From contig OY986947.1 of assembly GCA_963920595.1 (NCBI GenBank), positions 3,596,001 to 3,660,000 on the forward strand: a DNA stretch of 64,000 bases, written 5' to 3'. Under the pieces are notes generated by a model that was not told the DNA's origin, ran no database searches, and saw nothing but the letters and a program-made list of their open reading frames with translations. This document shows, in pieces, positions 11,246-24,300 of the stretch. Source of the DNA: Eimeria praecox (Eukaryota). The stretch's first letter is position 1. The number at the start of each line of letters is the position of its first letter. Position numbers and translations under genes: made by a program.

Positions 11246-14200
11246 TCAGAGTTGATGCGGATGCAGAAGCTGCTTGGCAATGTTCTGTATCTTGCCTTGT
11301 AGCGCCTGCCGCTCTTGGAGCCGCATGAGGGATTCCTGCAGCCTTCCCGCAACGTCCCTTCGGAGTTTCAGCTTATGAGCGCCACTACGGGCCCGCCTAG
11401 GCAGTGAGGAGCACGAGGAGGAGGAGTCATCAGGCTGCAAGGGCAGATGCAAAGTTGGCTGCGGGGCAGCGAAAGAAATACGATGATGCTGGGGCGTGCG
11501 TGCTTTGATCCTCGTGGAGTGGGATCGGCGACGGATTCTCTCGCGCTCAGGTGCAGCGCTGCTACTGCTGGTACTGATCGATCCACGAGAGACAGAGCGA
11601 GACACCCGAGAGCCCCGATGCTGCATCCTTTGGCGCCAGGGACGCCGTCTTTCAAGTTTGTTACTGCTGCTCATGCTGCCGTTGCTGCTGGTAGATTGGT
11701 CCGTCCGAAATGCACTGCTTCCAGCTGAACGGTTACGGTGCTTGTGTTGGCGCGCGCTGCTCGTCCTTTGGGGGCATTTGGAGTTGGACGTATCCCCGGT
11801 TTGATCGGGTAATGCGTCTGCCTGTGGCGGATAAGGGTGTTCTTGAGGTTGCAGCTGCGGACGATCTGCGCCATCTTCAGCTCCACCGCTGTGTGCTTCA
11901 TGCGTATGCACTTCGTTGCAGGACGGACGGGCTGGGGCGCCTGAGCAGGTAGGAGGGGGGAGCCGCACCTCCACATCTACAATGGCTGGGCGTCCTACCG
12001 CCTCTGTCGAGAGATTTCTAACGCCAACAGTCTTCCCAGATTGCTTTAAACAAGACTGACAGCCTCCACGTGCCGCCTTGGCAGCTGGTACTGCAGGGAC
12101 CACCACTGCCGTGAGCGAAGCTGTTTCTGCTGAGCTTTGCTGAGCAGTGCAGCGGGTGGTGGGGGGCCGAGTTCCAAGGGCTTGGGGACACCTCCGGTTT
12201 GAAGATGAAACACATGTAACGCCTAGCTGCTTGCATTTGACTGTAGCCCGCGCTTGCGATGGTTGTGCACGCAACGCAGCGCGAAGTTGGCGGTTTTCTT
12301 GTTGCAGCGCCTCAAGCCGAACTTCAAGATCAGCGCCTGAATTCCTCAGCACATGACAGAAAGCACTACTATGGCTTGCTGCGTCGAGCTAGACGTTTAG
12401 ATGTAAGACTGCCATGACTTTTGGACAGTCGCTCCACACGCAACCTGGTTTCTGAGACACCCTAGAAAGTAACTGGAAGAGAGAATGTACGCACAGCGAC
12501 GTCGCTCGGCATCCAGCGCTTGAGTTGCTGCTCTCAGCTTCAGATTTTGTTCACCTCCTTGTCGCCTCCTCGCCTGCTCTAGCATGTTCCTCTGCGGAAA
12601 CAGGGCAGAACACAAGCTAATATGCGCCCTTCAGGGCTAGCACACAGCGTGCAACGCAGAAATCGCCTTAAGAGCAGGCCACCACGCAGCAAGGAGAACC
12701 CTTTGAAGGTGTGCTGTACCTCGTGGCGTAGTGCACACCGCGCTTCCGTTACCCTACGGAGAATGGTAGCGGCTTTTTCAGCCGCTGCTTCGGTTCTTTT
12801 CCGTTGCTGCGTTGCCAGCCTGAACGTCGACAACAATAGTACGTTTCGAGGGCATTTTTCGACCCTATCTTTGCTTCAGCATACCTTTATTCTAGCACGC
12901 GCCTCTCGAACGCGAATTATCTATACAACGCTGTATAACGAAACAGTGGATGGGACACTAGCTGCAGCAGACACACGCTTTGTAGGCGGGTCACCGTGTG
13001 GATACGTTAGCCCTAGATAGTGGGTTACAAACCTTTCTAGCTTCTCTCCAGCCTGGTTCAAAAGCTGTTGGGCATGTTGGCGCAGCGTATTGGCCGCCTG
13101 TGCAACAGCAGCTGAAGTTTCTTCTTCCTAGACAGACAACCAAACGAATGGAATAGTCGCTGGTTTCCAAACCCACCAGCTCGCCTAAAAGGGGGATACA
13201 CAGGAGAGCATCCAACCCACAGTTGCGCTCTCGGTAGAAACTGACCTGCTGTCTCAGTCGGAAAGCCCTAGCTTGGATTATCCGATGAATCTGCGGACAC
13301 AGCGCATGCAGAAGCAAGCTGAATGTACGTGAGGGGAGCACATCACGACTGGCTCTTGAGTATCAGGCAAAAAGAGAAGCGAAGAGGAACTAAGATGATC
13401 CCGGGCGCAAATAAAAGGCAGAATCATTTGGTGAAGGATTTTCAAACCGCGAGAGCGGAATGACACAACAGAAGCCAAGACAGGAAGGCAGTGGTACACG
13501 ATACCGTCCGCCAGTGCACAGGGAGTCAGGGCAAAACTGAACCAGAGAGCAAAACTGCTATGATTTGCGCACCTCCTGCAACTCCTGTGCTACGAATCGA
13601 TGGGCGTCAGCATTGTCCATATGACTGCGTGGGGCACAGCCCTCTACGGATTTGAAACTCGGCGCCAGTTCTCCAGGTTTGTTAACACCGCTGCAGCTCA
13701 ATCCACTGGAGCAAGCGTAGCCACATTGCTGCGGAGTTGAGGCTTTTTCTTCCTTCATTCCAAGGAGAAGCAATGGATTTTCCTCTTCCGTCGGACATAG
13801 TGAGGGCGCATCGTTTTTCGGTACTTGGCAGTGGGTAGAGGAAGCAATATATGCAGTGCAATTAGGTGGAACCGTCTCTACTCGGTCAGCAACGGCCGGT
13901 CCTGCTTCCACAATATTCGTGAGCTCCGACCCTTGCAAGGCAGTGAGCTTTTGAGACTGCTCACTGGCTGAAATGGAAGGGGGCCCCTCATGAGCGCGCA
14001 GGGGCGCACTTGGACGGATCAGGTCAATCGAAGCAAATAACGAAATGTGACGGTGACGGTGGGTGGGCTGCTGCTGCACACCGTTCTGTTGTAACGACGG
14101 CTCGTTCTCTGATGCTTTTTCCGTACCCTTGGAACTCCTGCACTGGAGAGTTAGAGACGCCGGTGACTGGCTTTCGGGGAAGAGCCGAGCATCTGCGAGA

Positions 14201-14298
14201 TGCTGCCTACTTCCTGTAAGAAGACCGCTCGGCTCTGATGAGCTTTGGCTACTGACTGACCCAAAGAGAAGAGCGTCGTGGTCATCTCCTCTGTACAT
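11246..14298 (-). CDS. Multi-exon hypothetical protein with coiled-coil and Ser/Arg-rich regions (exon structure only partly resolved)
   Basis: Large exon from ATG (MYRGDD, 14298) ends QELQE|gtgcgc. Short coiled-coil exons lie at ~12.5-12.8 kb (QQRKRTEAAAEKA, RNMLEQARRRQ). The terminal exon 12352-11246 runs LEALQQENRQLRAAL...LQERQALQGKIQNIAKQL. Confidence 0.55.
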
Positions 14299-15309
14299 CT
14301 TCAAGCAGGCAATCCAATAATCCCCGGCTGCTGGCGTGCATGTCAAGTGTATAGTGCTGCTACCTGGTTATGAATGCAGTGCCACAAGAAGCAGCGCACC
14401 CCCCAAACAGTTTCAGTACGGAGAAAAGGATGAGCCATTCCGTGAAACGAAAAATATGTCCTAACTGTAGGGCGGCTTCAGCAAGGGCGTCCGTCTGCTG
14501 GCCCATGCTACAGACAGCCTTTGGTGGGCAATACACCGCAGCAAAACTTTCCGAGTGATTCTAAACGTAGGCCCGCTGGAATGTTCTATAGCTTTATTTG
14601 CACGTCAAAGAGAGAGCCCCATCGGCGGATCGGGCAGTCGAGGAGAAGAAAGACACAAAAGGGTACAATGCCCTAGCAGAGTGAGGGTTATGACGGTAGC
14701 GGCACTTCTGCTGCCATACTAATTCACAAAGAACACGCAGATCATCGTCAAAAACGGGTTAAATGCTCATAAGCTAGGAAACTAGGACGTGTTAAATCCT
14801 TTTCGCCGGATGTAGATGGAGCATGCAGATCCCGCCAAGGCACTGCCGACTGCTGGGCGATGCCAGACATCCTTGCACTTTAACTACTGAAAGAGCCGTG
14901 TTGAATTTAGTTTTGAGATCAGACTGAAATTTCAAAACCGGTCTGTGGCTGACGGTTCCCAAGAAAGCCCTGGACTGCCCGCCTGCTTCGCAGGTTCTGC
15001 ACAGCCACAGGCCACCTGGAATCATATGGACCATGATTACTTAGCTACATACAAACGGTTTGCTTGATATAATCATTTGTAAGGGTGAAACTCGAACTGT
15101 TGTATTCATCTTAAATCGTCCCACTATGGCAACGTGACTGTTCTAAATTACCTGAGCGCTATTGCCGTTGCGGCGATCACAACAAGCGTGAAATGCAGTT
15201 GAAATTGTTGAACCCATCCATAATAAAACAACAATCACCAGGAACATGAAATGGAAGAGGTGGTCTCACGCTTAGGGCAAGCACATTCAGTCCGTCAAAT
15301 CTGAATGAG

Positions 15310-15465
15310 AATCATTTGAATCTTAAACACCACACTACCTTGCGTTTCCCACTAAAGGAACCATTTGAGTCTTAAACACCACACTACCTTGCGTTTCCCA
15401 CTAAAGGAACCAGTTGAGTCTTAAGCACCACACTATCTTGCGTTTCCCACTACCTTGCGTTTCCC
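15310..15465. repeat. 49-bp minisatellite, ~3 copies plus a 17-bp partial duplication
   Basis: Unit CATTTGAGTCTTAAACACCACACTACCTTGCGTTTCCCACTAAAGGAAC starts at 15313, 15362 and 15411. An extra ACTACCTTGCGTTTCCC sits at 15449-15465. Confidence 0.95.
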
Positions 15466-16123
15466 AAACTCTCCATTACCCCTGGATTCTCCATTTGCTT
15501 TCATCCTAAAAACAGGCAGGATTCCTTGTAGCCTCCAATAGAGGCACCAAACCGCTGAAGCTTACGTAAAAACTGAACCGTCGAGGAACTTCTCATCCCA
15601 TGGTTCAATTTAGTACTTCAGTTTTAGTGATCAAAATGCATTGTATGTTTTCAATGTGTCAAAGCTTACTCAAGGAAACTTCTACCGTAGGCCTGAGTGT
15701 ACAGGCAGTCCGTGAATGTCAGCATCAGCAAATGAAACACAAAGCTGCTCCTTCGCGTATGCAGGCTTCTATGGCTTCTTTTGTTTTTTTCCCTCTAATT
15801 TTAATAATGTTCACCAGCTGTATTGCACGATCCTGATGAATATAAACCACGCTGACGATTCGCACGCAGCACTCAGAGCGACAACATCAGCTGCTGTTCC
15901 TTCACTGGTGTTCCCAGTGAACTCCTTGCTGGTCATTGACCTGAGGCGCTTTATCGGATGCACGACTGATTCTTTTAAATGACTGGACGAAGTCTCGATG
16001 TGTCGGACCCCACGAATCCATCTTGCACATGTACTGAGCTCCTGCAATCTCGCTACACGCGTGAGGTTGAAGACAGGCTGACCTTTCGTAGCGGCAGTCT
16101 ACGCACCAAATCACCGCGAGGAA

Positions 16124-17644
16124 ATGCCTAACTCGGCAACGAAGGCGTTGAAGTTTGTGGCGCTCGCTCTCTGCTGGGTTGGCTTGGTGCCAGATTATTC
16201 CGGCCACTCTAGATATCTGTTGACGATCGCCAGTGAATTTGAAAAAATAGGTCCTTCACAGACAGACACCACTTCTCCTGCTGAAACGGAGAACCTCCAG
16301 TATGAGGGGTTGTTCACGCTTCCAGCAGATGGTGCGGACCCGTTCGATGGAGTTTCCATCCTTCGAGCGAATGCAGTAGCGTTGAAGAAGGCACACGTCA
16401 GCGACGAGGTGCTGCAGAGCATGACGCAGCTGGTTCAGCAGCTAATTCACGAAGAAGCGCACAACATACAGCATCAGACGGACATGTGGCTCATTTCACA
16501 AACAAAAAATGCAGTCGATACGCTGCATACCAATCCGGCGGCGTTCCCAGCCACTGGATATTTAGTCCAAGAGGGGAGCAATGGAGCTTTGCATGTGAAG
16601 GTAAGAATAAGCATATTCTGATGATTCAGACTTCAATATGGGAAATCGTTGAGTAGACAGACGTCCCCTATTGGCTGGTAGATGCAGAAACAGCTCTCAC
16701 AGCCATAGTGCAAGACGTAATGAACGATGTAATGGGGACGAGCTTACCTGGGTTATCCGCTCAGCGTCCTCCTGAAGACCTGACAGGAGATTTCCCCACA
16801 GAATTTGGTTACGACACTGCCAATCGCCGCACAGTCAAGCTCGCATTTGGTGACTCGGTCGTAACGGTGGTTTGCGACAAAACTCTGCATTCTGGAGCGG
16901 GCGTCGGAGTGTCGCACGGCTCGTATTCGGTTACGGTGGGCAAATAAACTGCTGCTTTGGGAGCGATTGTTTTGCATGACTTTCCAGATAAACGGCAGAA
17001 ACAACAGTGCCGAAGGCACAACTCCTGCAGAGCCTGTTGAAGCAGGCAGTCCCACTTCCCCCGATGATAACCAGACCGCTATCACAGTGGGAACGGGGCC
17101 GCTCTTTCAAGCAAAGATAGGAGCTGCAACAGGGCCAGGATCCATCGTAGCATCCTATCAAAATACAAGGATAAAATTTGATACTCACCCCGAAGGAAGA
17201 CGCCATGGCGCCGAGTTCGGAAATGGAAACTTTGTTCTAGGGGTCACTCGTGACTTTGACGACAGGATCAACATTGTGAAACGTAAGTTTAATGGTCATT
17301 GGTGTGAGTATACTGTTGAAATAAAGGAAACTCGCTTTGCGTCAGATGAAGTCGGACCTTATTCAATTCAGTTAGAAACCGACCTAGCAGATGACAAAAA
17401 CCATGCATATTCGGGGACGCTGACGGCCAAAACGCCACAAACCGGCAAGATGGTCTTTGGTGGAGGTTTCGACGAAACAAATTACCCCACTACGGCTCTT
17501 ACACTCGAAGCAAGAGATATGAGCATCAATTTCAATGGAAGAAGGGGGGACCCTGGGTATAATGTGCGCATTGGTCCCTTTGTTTTTGATGTAGTATTAT
17601 CAAATGAGCTGCCTGAGTTCATCCTCCGTGAAGTGAAGTCCTGA
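16124..17644 (+). CDS. Three-exon putative secreted protein (~470 aa); exons 16124-16600, 16657-16935, 16988-17644
   Basis: N-terminal hydrophobic signal-like stretch (KFVALALCWVGLVP). Phase-0 introns AAG|gtaaga..gagtag and ACG|gtgggc..tttccag join the three ORFs in frame. The C-terminal half is Gly/Thr-rich with alternating beta-strand-like patterns. Confidence 0.72.
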
Positions 17645-18374
17645 ACCATCTTGAAAAACCCATCGTTTAATCCAAGATGATGGCTTGGGTAATAAGGCTA
17701 GACGAATAGAAATTCATTGCCTAGGGCTTATAACCATTCAGAACTTCTACCTCTAGAAATGTATAGCCTGTGAGAATCCCCTAAGGGGAAATCAGTGGCG
17801 GAAGCAGCAAACATGTAACGAAAAAAAAGTACAACGGTTCCTACGGCTGCGTCAGGCTAGCATCTCTTCTTGCCCAAACTGACCCATGGTTCGTCGTTGT
17901 GCTTGCAAGTATTTGGGTGCCTCTGAAACTCATGACAGTTCTTTTTATTCCCCCCTGCAAATGTGCAGGAAGTTAAACGAGGTCTATAAATTATCTGGCT
18001 TGTTTCGCTACCCGAAATGTTGATTGTCTCTCGGCGCAAACGCCGTACTATGCAACTGCACCGACGAAACCCCACAAAGCAAATTGGTTCAGGTACAAAC
18101 GGTACAAGCAAAAACTTGTGGCCATCAGGCCAAAACCTGTTTTTTATTCTCTAAAAAAACTGTTGCAATGACCTGAGGGCTTAGAATTACAGGCGAGCGG
18201 AACGCTGCACAAATAAGCACCAAGAAGCGCTCTTGCCCGTTGGCTTGCTTATGGGAGCAGAATCCCCATTCCGATACAGAATCGTCAAGCATCAGGAGAA
18301 ATGGTCAATGCCGGGGAAGCACTAGAAATGCTGGTTTCCCCCTCTTGAAATGCATGCCATGGCGCTGGCCTCAG

Positions 18375-21300
18375 CTAACTGGTCCTCAGGGCTGGATGAG
18401 CAACTTCACTTTTATGTCTTCCTCCCGCGTTGTGGCCACGTGCAAGGCTGCAGCTCTTCGTAGGGCAAGGACACGCATAACACCAAAGACGAGTTTGCTC
18501 CTAGTCAACATCCGGTTTTCCTTGCGGCAGATATTTTACAGAAGCGCAATGGTGATGGAAATTGCCCCTCGAACAGGAAATGATGACTCACTGGATGGCA
18601 GCAAGAGAAACATCGCAGTTCCCCATTCGGTGCGTTCGCTGCTTCTTGTGGCTGCACGTTAACAAGCACCCACATGTGCGTGCTAACAAAGCATTCCCTA
18701 TGAAGTGAAATCCATAGGTTGTATGCAGTGTAGTGTCCTTCTAGGTTTCCATGCATGCGGACTGTTTCCAATTGTCCATGAGGGACGGTAAGCTTTGAAC
18801 CTGCATATCTTACTGGAGGCATCAGAAAACAAGATGGGCACACGGTGTGGGACTTGCGAGTCTGCGCGTTTTCTACGTTGATAACCTGCGGGGAAGGAAG
18901 GTTCGCATGTTGATGACCCTTAACCACAGTGCTTGTGACAGCTAAAAGTGAAAATATACTACTTATATCGCGACTCTACTACGCACCTTGAATGCGCAGT
19001 AAGGGCAAACGTGTTGAGTTAAAGACAGAATCCCACGGTTAGGTATTCTCAGGACGGTATTGCAGGTAGAGCGGTTAGAACATGCCTGACAAGGAATACA
19101 AACGTAGCATTACTCCTGGTGCTGTCGAAAAACAATTCAACGGTGGAGGGAACAGCCTGGAGACAGAGGAGAGCGTGAAGCCAGAGCTCCAAGCCGCGGT
19201 CCATTCCGCTGCTTGGTGAATGGTGCTCACAAGGAAGCGGCTTGTTCCGTGTTCTGCAAACCCAACCACACCACAGTGCACCAAGGGGGCAAAGGAATAA
19301 AGCACGTGCCTGAGTTCAGAAATCCAGCTTTGGGGCGCAGCAACAGATAAGCTGGGCACTAACACACCTCCGCTCGTGTTGGTAGATCCGCGGCTCCCAG
19401 CATTCCTTCCGCGCCTGAAAACCCCCCACCAATTTGCTATAGCTCTTGAATTCCACAGCATGCATTTTCCTAACAGAAATAATCTGAGCAGGAGCCAAAC
19501 TATGGTGCTACACCACGCCGCCGTTGGGTTACCAGCGAGTCGTACCTCGAGCCGGTATTCTGCGCTTCGTTTCCAGTATCCTGTGGGGTAGAAGGCAATA
19601 CACTCATGAAACTCCACCTCTTAACATCAAAATAAAAGCATACAAAATATATGCGGGGTGGCTGCTATGGTGCTCTCCAACAGGAGAGGTGGAATACCAC
19701 CCAGGGGTAGCGCTGAACCACACTAACTTTTGTAAGCAACGCAGCAGACAATCCAGCGGAGCCTTGATTCAACGGATTCTCACCATAAGGTCCATAGAGC
19801 TACCACACTTTGCGCAAGTGCAAAAGCCACGCTGGAGCACTCGGCTATCAGCATCCGAAGCAGCCACTGGTGGGAAAATCCTCTGGAGTTGCTCGTCCAG
19901 CAACGCTATGTGGACACGCAGCAGCCGAAAAACTTCTGCCACTGTTCTCACATGCCTCTGGATAACATCTTCCTGCACGTGCATCCGCCACGCATGAGCA
20001 GATACACCAATCACCAGAGATGGAGGCAATCACAAAGTTGGATCACTCAGCTATTGATGCAGTGTGATCTAGAACAACACCAAACCTGAGTCCAGTCTCA
20101 CCTTTCGCTCCGCGCCCCGAGCAATCAGCGTCATGTCCCGTTCCATGTTGGCCCTCAAGTCAGGCTAAAGGGACAAAAACCGCAGTCAGCGTATACTCGT
20201 ATGGTTGGGCTTGGGGTCAAAAGAAGACGCTTGTTCGGCTGGCGTGCTACAGCAGATGCGGCATTGGCTGCTGATCAGACGACTCAAAAAGAAACACAAA
20301 ATGCCTTACCCGCGACAGGTCTGCGTTGCAGATGCGGCCAACGAGTTTGTAGCCCTGAAAAAACGCGCAAGCTGCTCTAACAATGGCATTCCTTTGGGAA
20401 ATCAAGCATGAGATGGCAAAGGGTGCCTCCCACGCACGACTATTATAATTCATCAATCTACGCTGTCATCTTCATCGCAGGGGCCCAGTACTTCGGCAGT
20501 TGGCTACAGACGTGCCCTACCTTGACCAAAGCGACACCGAGGTCTGTAGGCTTGAAATGCTGAGACTCGGTTTTAACAGCATAATTGCGCTCCTGTAAAC
20601 ATTACAGCCAGCCCATGTTATGCAGAGTTCGTAACTAGCGCTCTCGCGCTCCATGACGACAACCAGATGGCCTTATGCAGGGCAACTGCAAGCTTCAGGT
20701 ACTTAGGATACCTGAATGGTGCGTATATGCTCGTGCATTGTCGCGTCCGTACCAATCCCGTGCTGCGGCGCAATGTTTCACAGACGTATAACAACGTCTT
20801 TCCACAAATGACACACAAAAGGGACATACAATGCATGATCCCCAACTACGAAGGATGCGTACCTTGTCCATCTTGTCGATTAGGTCAGCTTCCGTAAGGA
20901 GAGTTGGAGGCTGCGTGCTGCCTGCCTGGATTGTCACATCGTTCGGAATAAACCGCTCATGCAGCAAAAATCGTGGCAGCCGGCGGGATGCCCTGTAGCA
21001 CGAAGCCACCCAAGCAAAATCGAAAGGACCCTTGGGGATGTGATGGCTGTTGCGTACTGCTTTGCATTTGCTCTAATGAGTGAGCAACCAAATAAGTGGA
21101 TACGGGCGCGAGATTGTGGCCGAGCTCTAGTAAATTTAACTCTAAAGAACGGAATAGTCAAAATTACCACGAGTCGTAGGGGTACACCTCCAGGTAATTT
21201 TTCTGCAGCACGATGAGCCCCGTTGTAGAAAACATCTCCCCTACATAGGCATCAGCGTATCAGAAACTACCACAATTGTGTCGAGGCCCCAGATCCACTT

Positions 21301-24300
21301 TGGCATGCGATTTTTTCCTATGCCAGGGGGCAGCGAAGCATACAGGGCGGTGACAAGGTCAAAAGAGTTTGGCAAATCGGTTTGTATTTAGCTAACCTGC
21401 AATGTTCATCTCTATCTTCGTCTCGAAGCCAATTGCATCAGAGCTGCGCAATAAGGACAACGCAACAAGGAAACGCCAGTCCACACTAAAAGACAGCCCT
21501 AGCGTTCCAGCTCGCAATTCCAGAAACAGAACGAGTCAGCAGGGCAACACCTCGGGAAGCTCAGAATGCACATTGAAATCCGCGGTACCTGCAGCAGGCA
21601 AGGAAGTGCCTGGTAACTGCCTCGTAAAGCTGAGCAAAAGAACACATATACGCGCTTCACATAGCCGCCTTCCTTCAATCCGCTTCTTCACGTTTACTTG
21701 CCACGAAGCCTTCAATGACTGACCTTCCACTCATCCTCATTTTCACACTCTTCTCTGCGCAGATACAACGGAACAGCGAGCGCCAACTTTTCGACAGCAT
21801 GGAGGGCATCAGCCCTAACTTGTCGAATCGTCAAATGCCCCTGATATGGATCCCCCTTTGGTGACAAGTTAGAAGTGTACTCTGCATGCTCACCTGCGGA
21901 GGGCTTTCACTGGGTGTATCGGTGGATGAGACTGCACAATAAATCAACAGCAAAGTGTCCTAGGCGCCAATGTGTAGTTTTCCATTATTTGTGGACGTTT
22001 CTTGCTGCAACGCGGCATTACTGTAACTAGAAGCACATCTGCTAACGACGGTACCCGTATGATTCCTCAATCGGCCAAGAAGTACCCTGTACTTCATATT
22101 GTTGTAAGTGTGACGCAAGCAATAGTATGCACGTAAAACGGGCGCTCCACTGCATAAACGAGACTAAAGCCTCAAAACTAGCCTACGTAAAACTCACAGC
22201 ATCGTCATTAGGTCCATCGCGAGGCCATTCGAAGCCACCTAAAGCACAAACACCAGCATCACCAAGCACGCATCGCTTGCATTAGCGTAGCGGCCACGCG
22301 GTTATCTCCCAGGAAAGCCAGGCAACACACACAAGAAAAAGAGCCTGGTACGTTTCTGTTAGGTATATGACACGTGAATGGATTCGGTGTCCAGGGGGAC
22401 CTGGGATAATTCCAGAACCAGAATATGGCAGGTTATTTGATGAAGGAAAAACAAGTGTGCACACCATCGAGCAAAGTGGCAGCAAATTGTCCCCACAGTG
22501 GGCTGTCCCGCTGCTGCTCGATCAGGCCCAACAGATCCTGAGTGCGCGTAAATCGTTCTGTCTCCGTTCGTGGATAGCTGAGCATACGCAAGCATCTGCC
22601 AACACCTGCCAGCACTGATAAACAGATCACTATCCCCCAAACCTGTGACAGCTGAGCAGATTAACAATCCATGTACACTTTGCATTACCTGATATAACCG
22701 CGGTTGTACAGCGCCTCTGCTAGTTGCATGCACCTGTGTACAAAACCTAAACACAGGGAGACTGTCCGATGGCAGCAGCTAAATTTCCAATGTGCAGCGC
22801 TTTCGTTGGTGCTTCAGGGATATGCTCACTGCAACGTACCTGTGCGAATCGATCCGGAGCTTTCGAGAGCAAAGTTTGGTCAGTTCAACTGTGTCTGAGA
22901 CAGATAAACAATGCTGAAATTAGCTTTCCTGTTCGAGTTGCCAAAGAGAATCGTCGTTTAGGGAAAACGCTTGCAGCGTTTAACACGGTGTTGCGAGTAG
23001 GGCGCCACACGGCTACACTATTCCAGTGGGAGAAAGGCAAGCACATCGCCGGTTTAAGTATTCTGTGCGTATTATGGACAAAATAAGCAGTAATCAACGC
23101 GGCTCCATGCGTTTCCTGTCTCTCAATGGCTTACTCAGAGGCGCAGGCCTGGTTCTAGTAACTTCGCGGCACTCGATACCAGTGATGACCGCTTCAGGGT
23201 TCTCGGTGCACAGTTCAAGACAAGCGATTACGACGGCCCTGCGGCAAATAAATGGCTCTGTACACAGTGGAATGGCCTACTACGGATGCGCTCATACGTA
23301 CGCGCCTGCATGTTCTCATCGCAGTGCACAGCTCTTCAATGGCTGTTGGCACCCTCTTCCGGGCCTTACCGGTCAAATAGGCGCTGTCGTTCCCACTGGA
23401 AGTCGACAAGGAGACGGTGACCTGGTCGTTCCTCGTCTTCCCTGTAATAAGGATTCAAGACAATCACACACCGTGCAAGTTAAAATATTCTGCTGGGGAG
23501 AGGCTCGAGCAGAGCCCGTGTTAATTCCACTCTAAATGAGAATGTGTAAGGCTTACCTCTCAACAGTGACTCGAAGAGTCCAGAAATTTTCGGCAACAAA
23601 CTTTTCCACCTCCAGGTATCTGTGGGCAACAAATGAAATAACCTCAGCCAGAGTCACCTCATGGCCACTACCCGGTTTGATGCAGTGACAAACTTGAGGT
23701 AGCCTCAAGAATCGGCATAGCCAGCACGTTGCACAGCTACTTACCGCTCGACAACAAAACCCAAAGTAGGGAACTGGCAGGGGCCGTAGCTGCAGCAGAA
23801 ACAGAGCGCCAAAGAGCTTACTCTCTTGCTAGAACTATATACTGGACGAACGTCTTTGGTCAAAGCCTAAGCATTAGGATTTTGCAGTATCACACATGAA
23901 CCACATCAAGTAAAACGGGCAGTCCACCTACCTTATAAGCCCCTTTTGGAGGGACAGCCTGTTCTGGTAGCGCTTCGTTAGAAATCGCGTAAACGCGGCG
24001 CCTGCATAGCGTTCAAACACAGCAAAGAACATGGTGTATCAGTCCCGCCGAAGTGTAGAAAGACATGGATTAAAATTAAATGAGCATCCTTCTGTTCTTA
24101 CCGATGCGCAAGTCAACTTCGGACCGGGCGTCCGCTGCCTGCGTCGGGAAGCAAGTAGAACAAGTTGGCAGTAGATCATGAACCCAAGATACGGGAGGCG
24201 GGTGCACATTGTCACGCTGGCTCCTCTTCATATACACACCGAGTGGATTGTTCAGATGGCAATCCGTAGTTTTTTCCATTCAGGCTGTGCATGAAATGCG

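Noticed and set aside
15310..15465. CRISPR-like repeat array
   Set aside because: The units are contiguous tandem copies without unique spacers, the context is eukaryotic, and there are no cas genes.
18375..18890. Assignment as TOP3B from the CPxCF..PP..C..C.HP.C zinc motif
   Set aside because: The core signatures [12 protein letters not shown] and [12 protein letters not shown] fit TOP3 alpha better.
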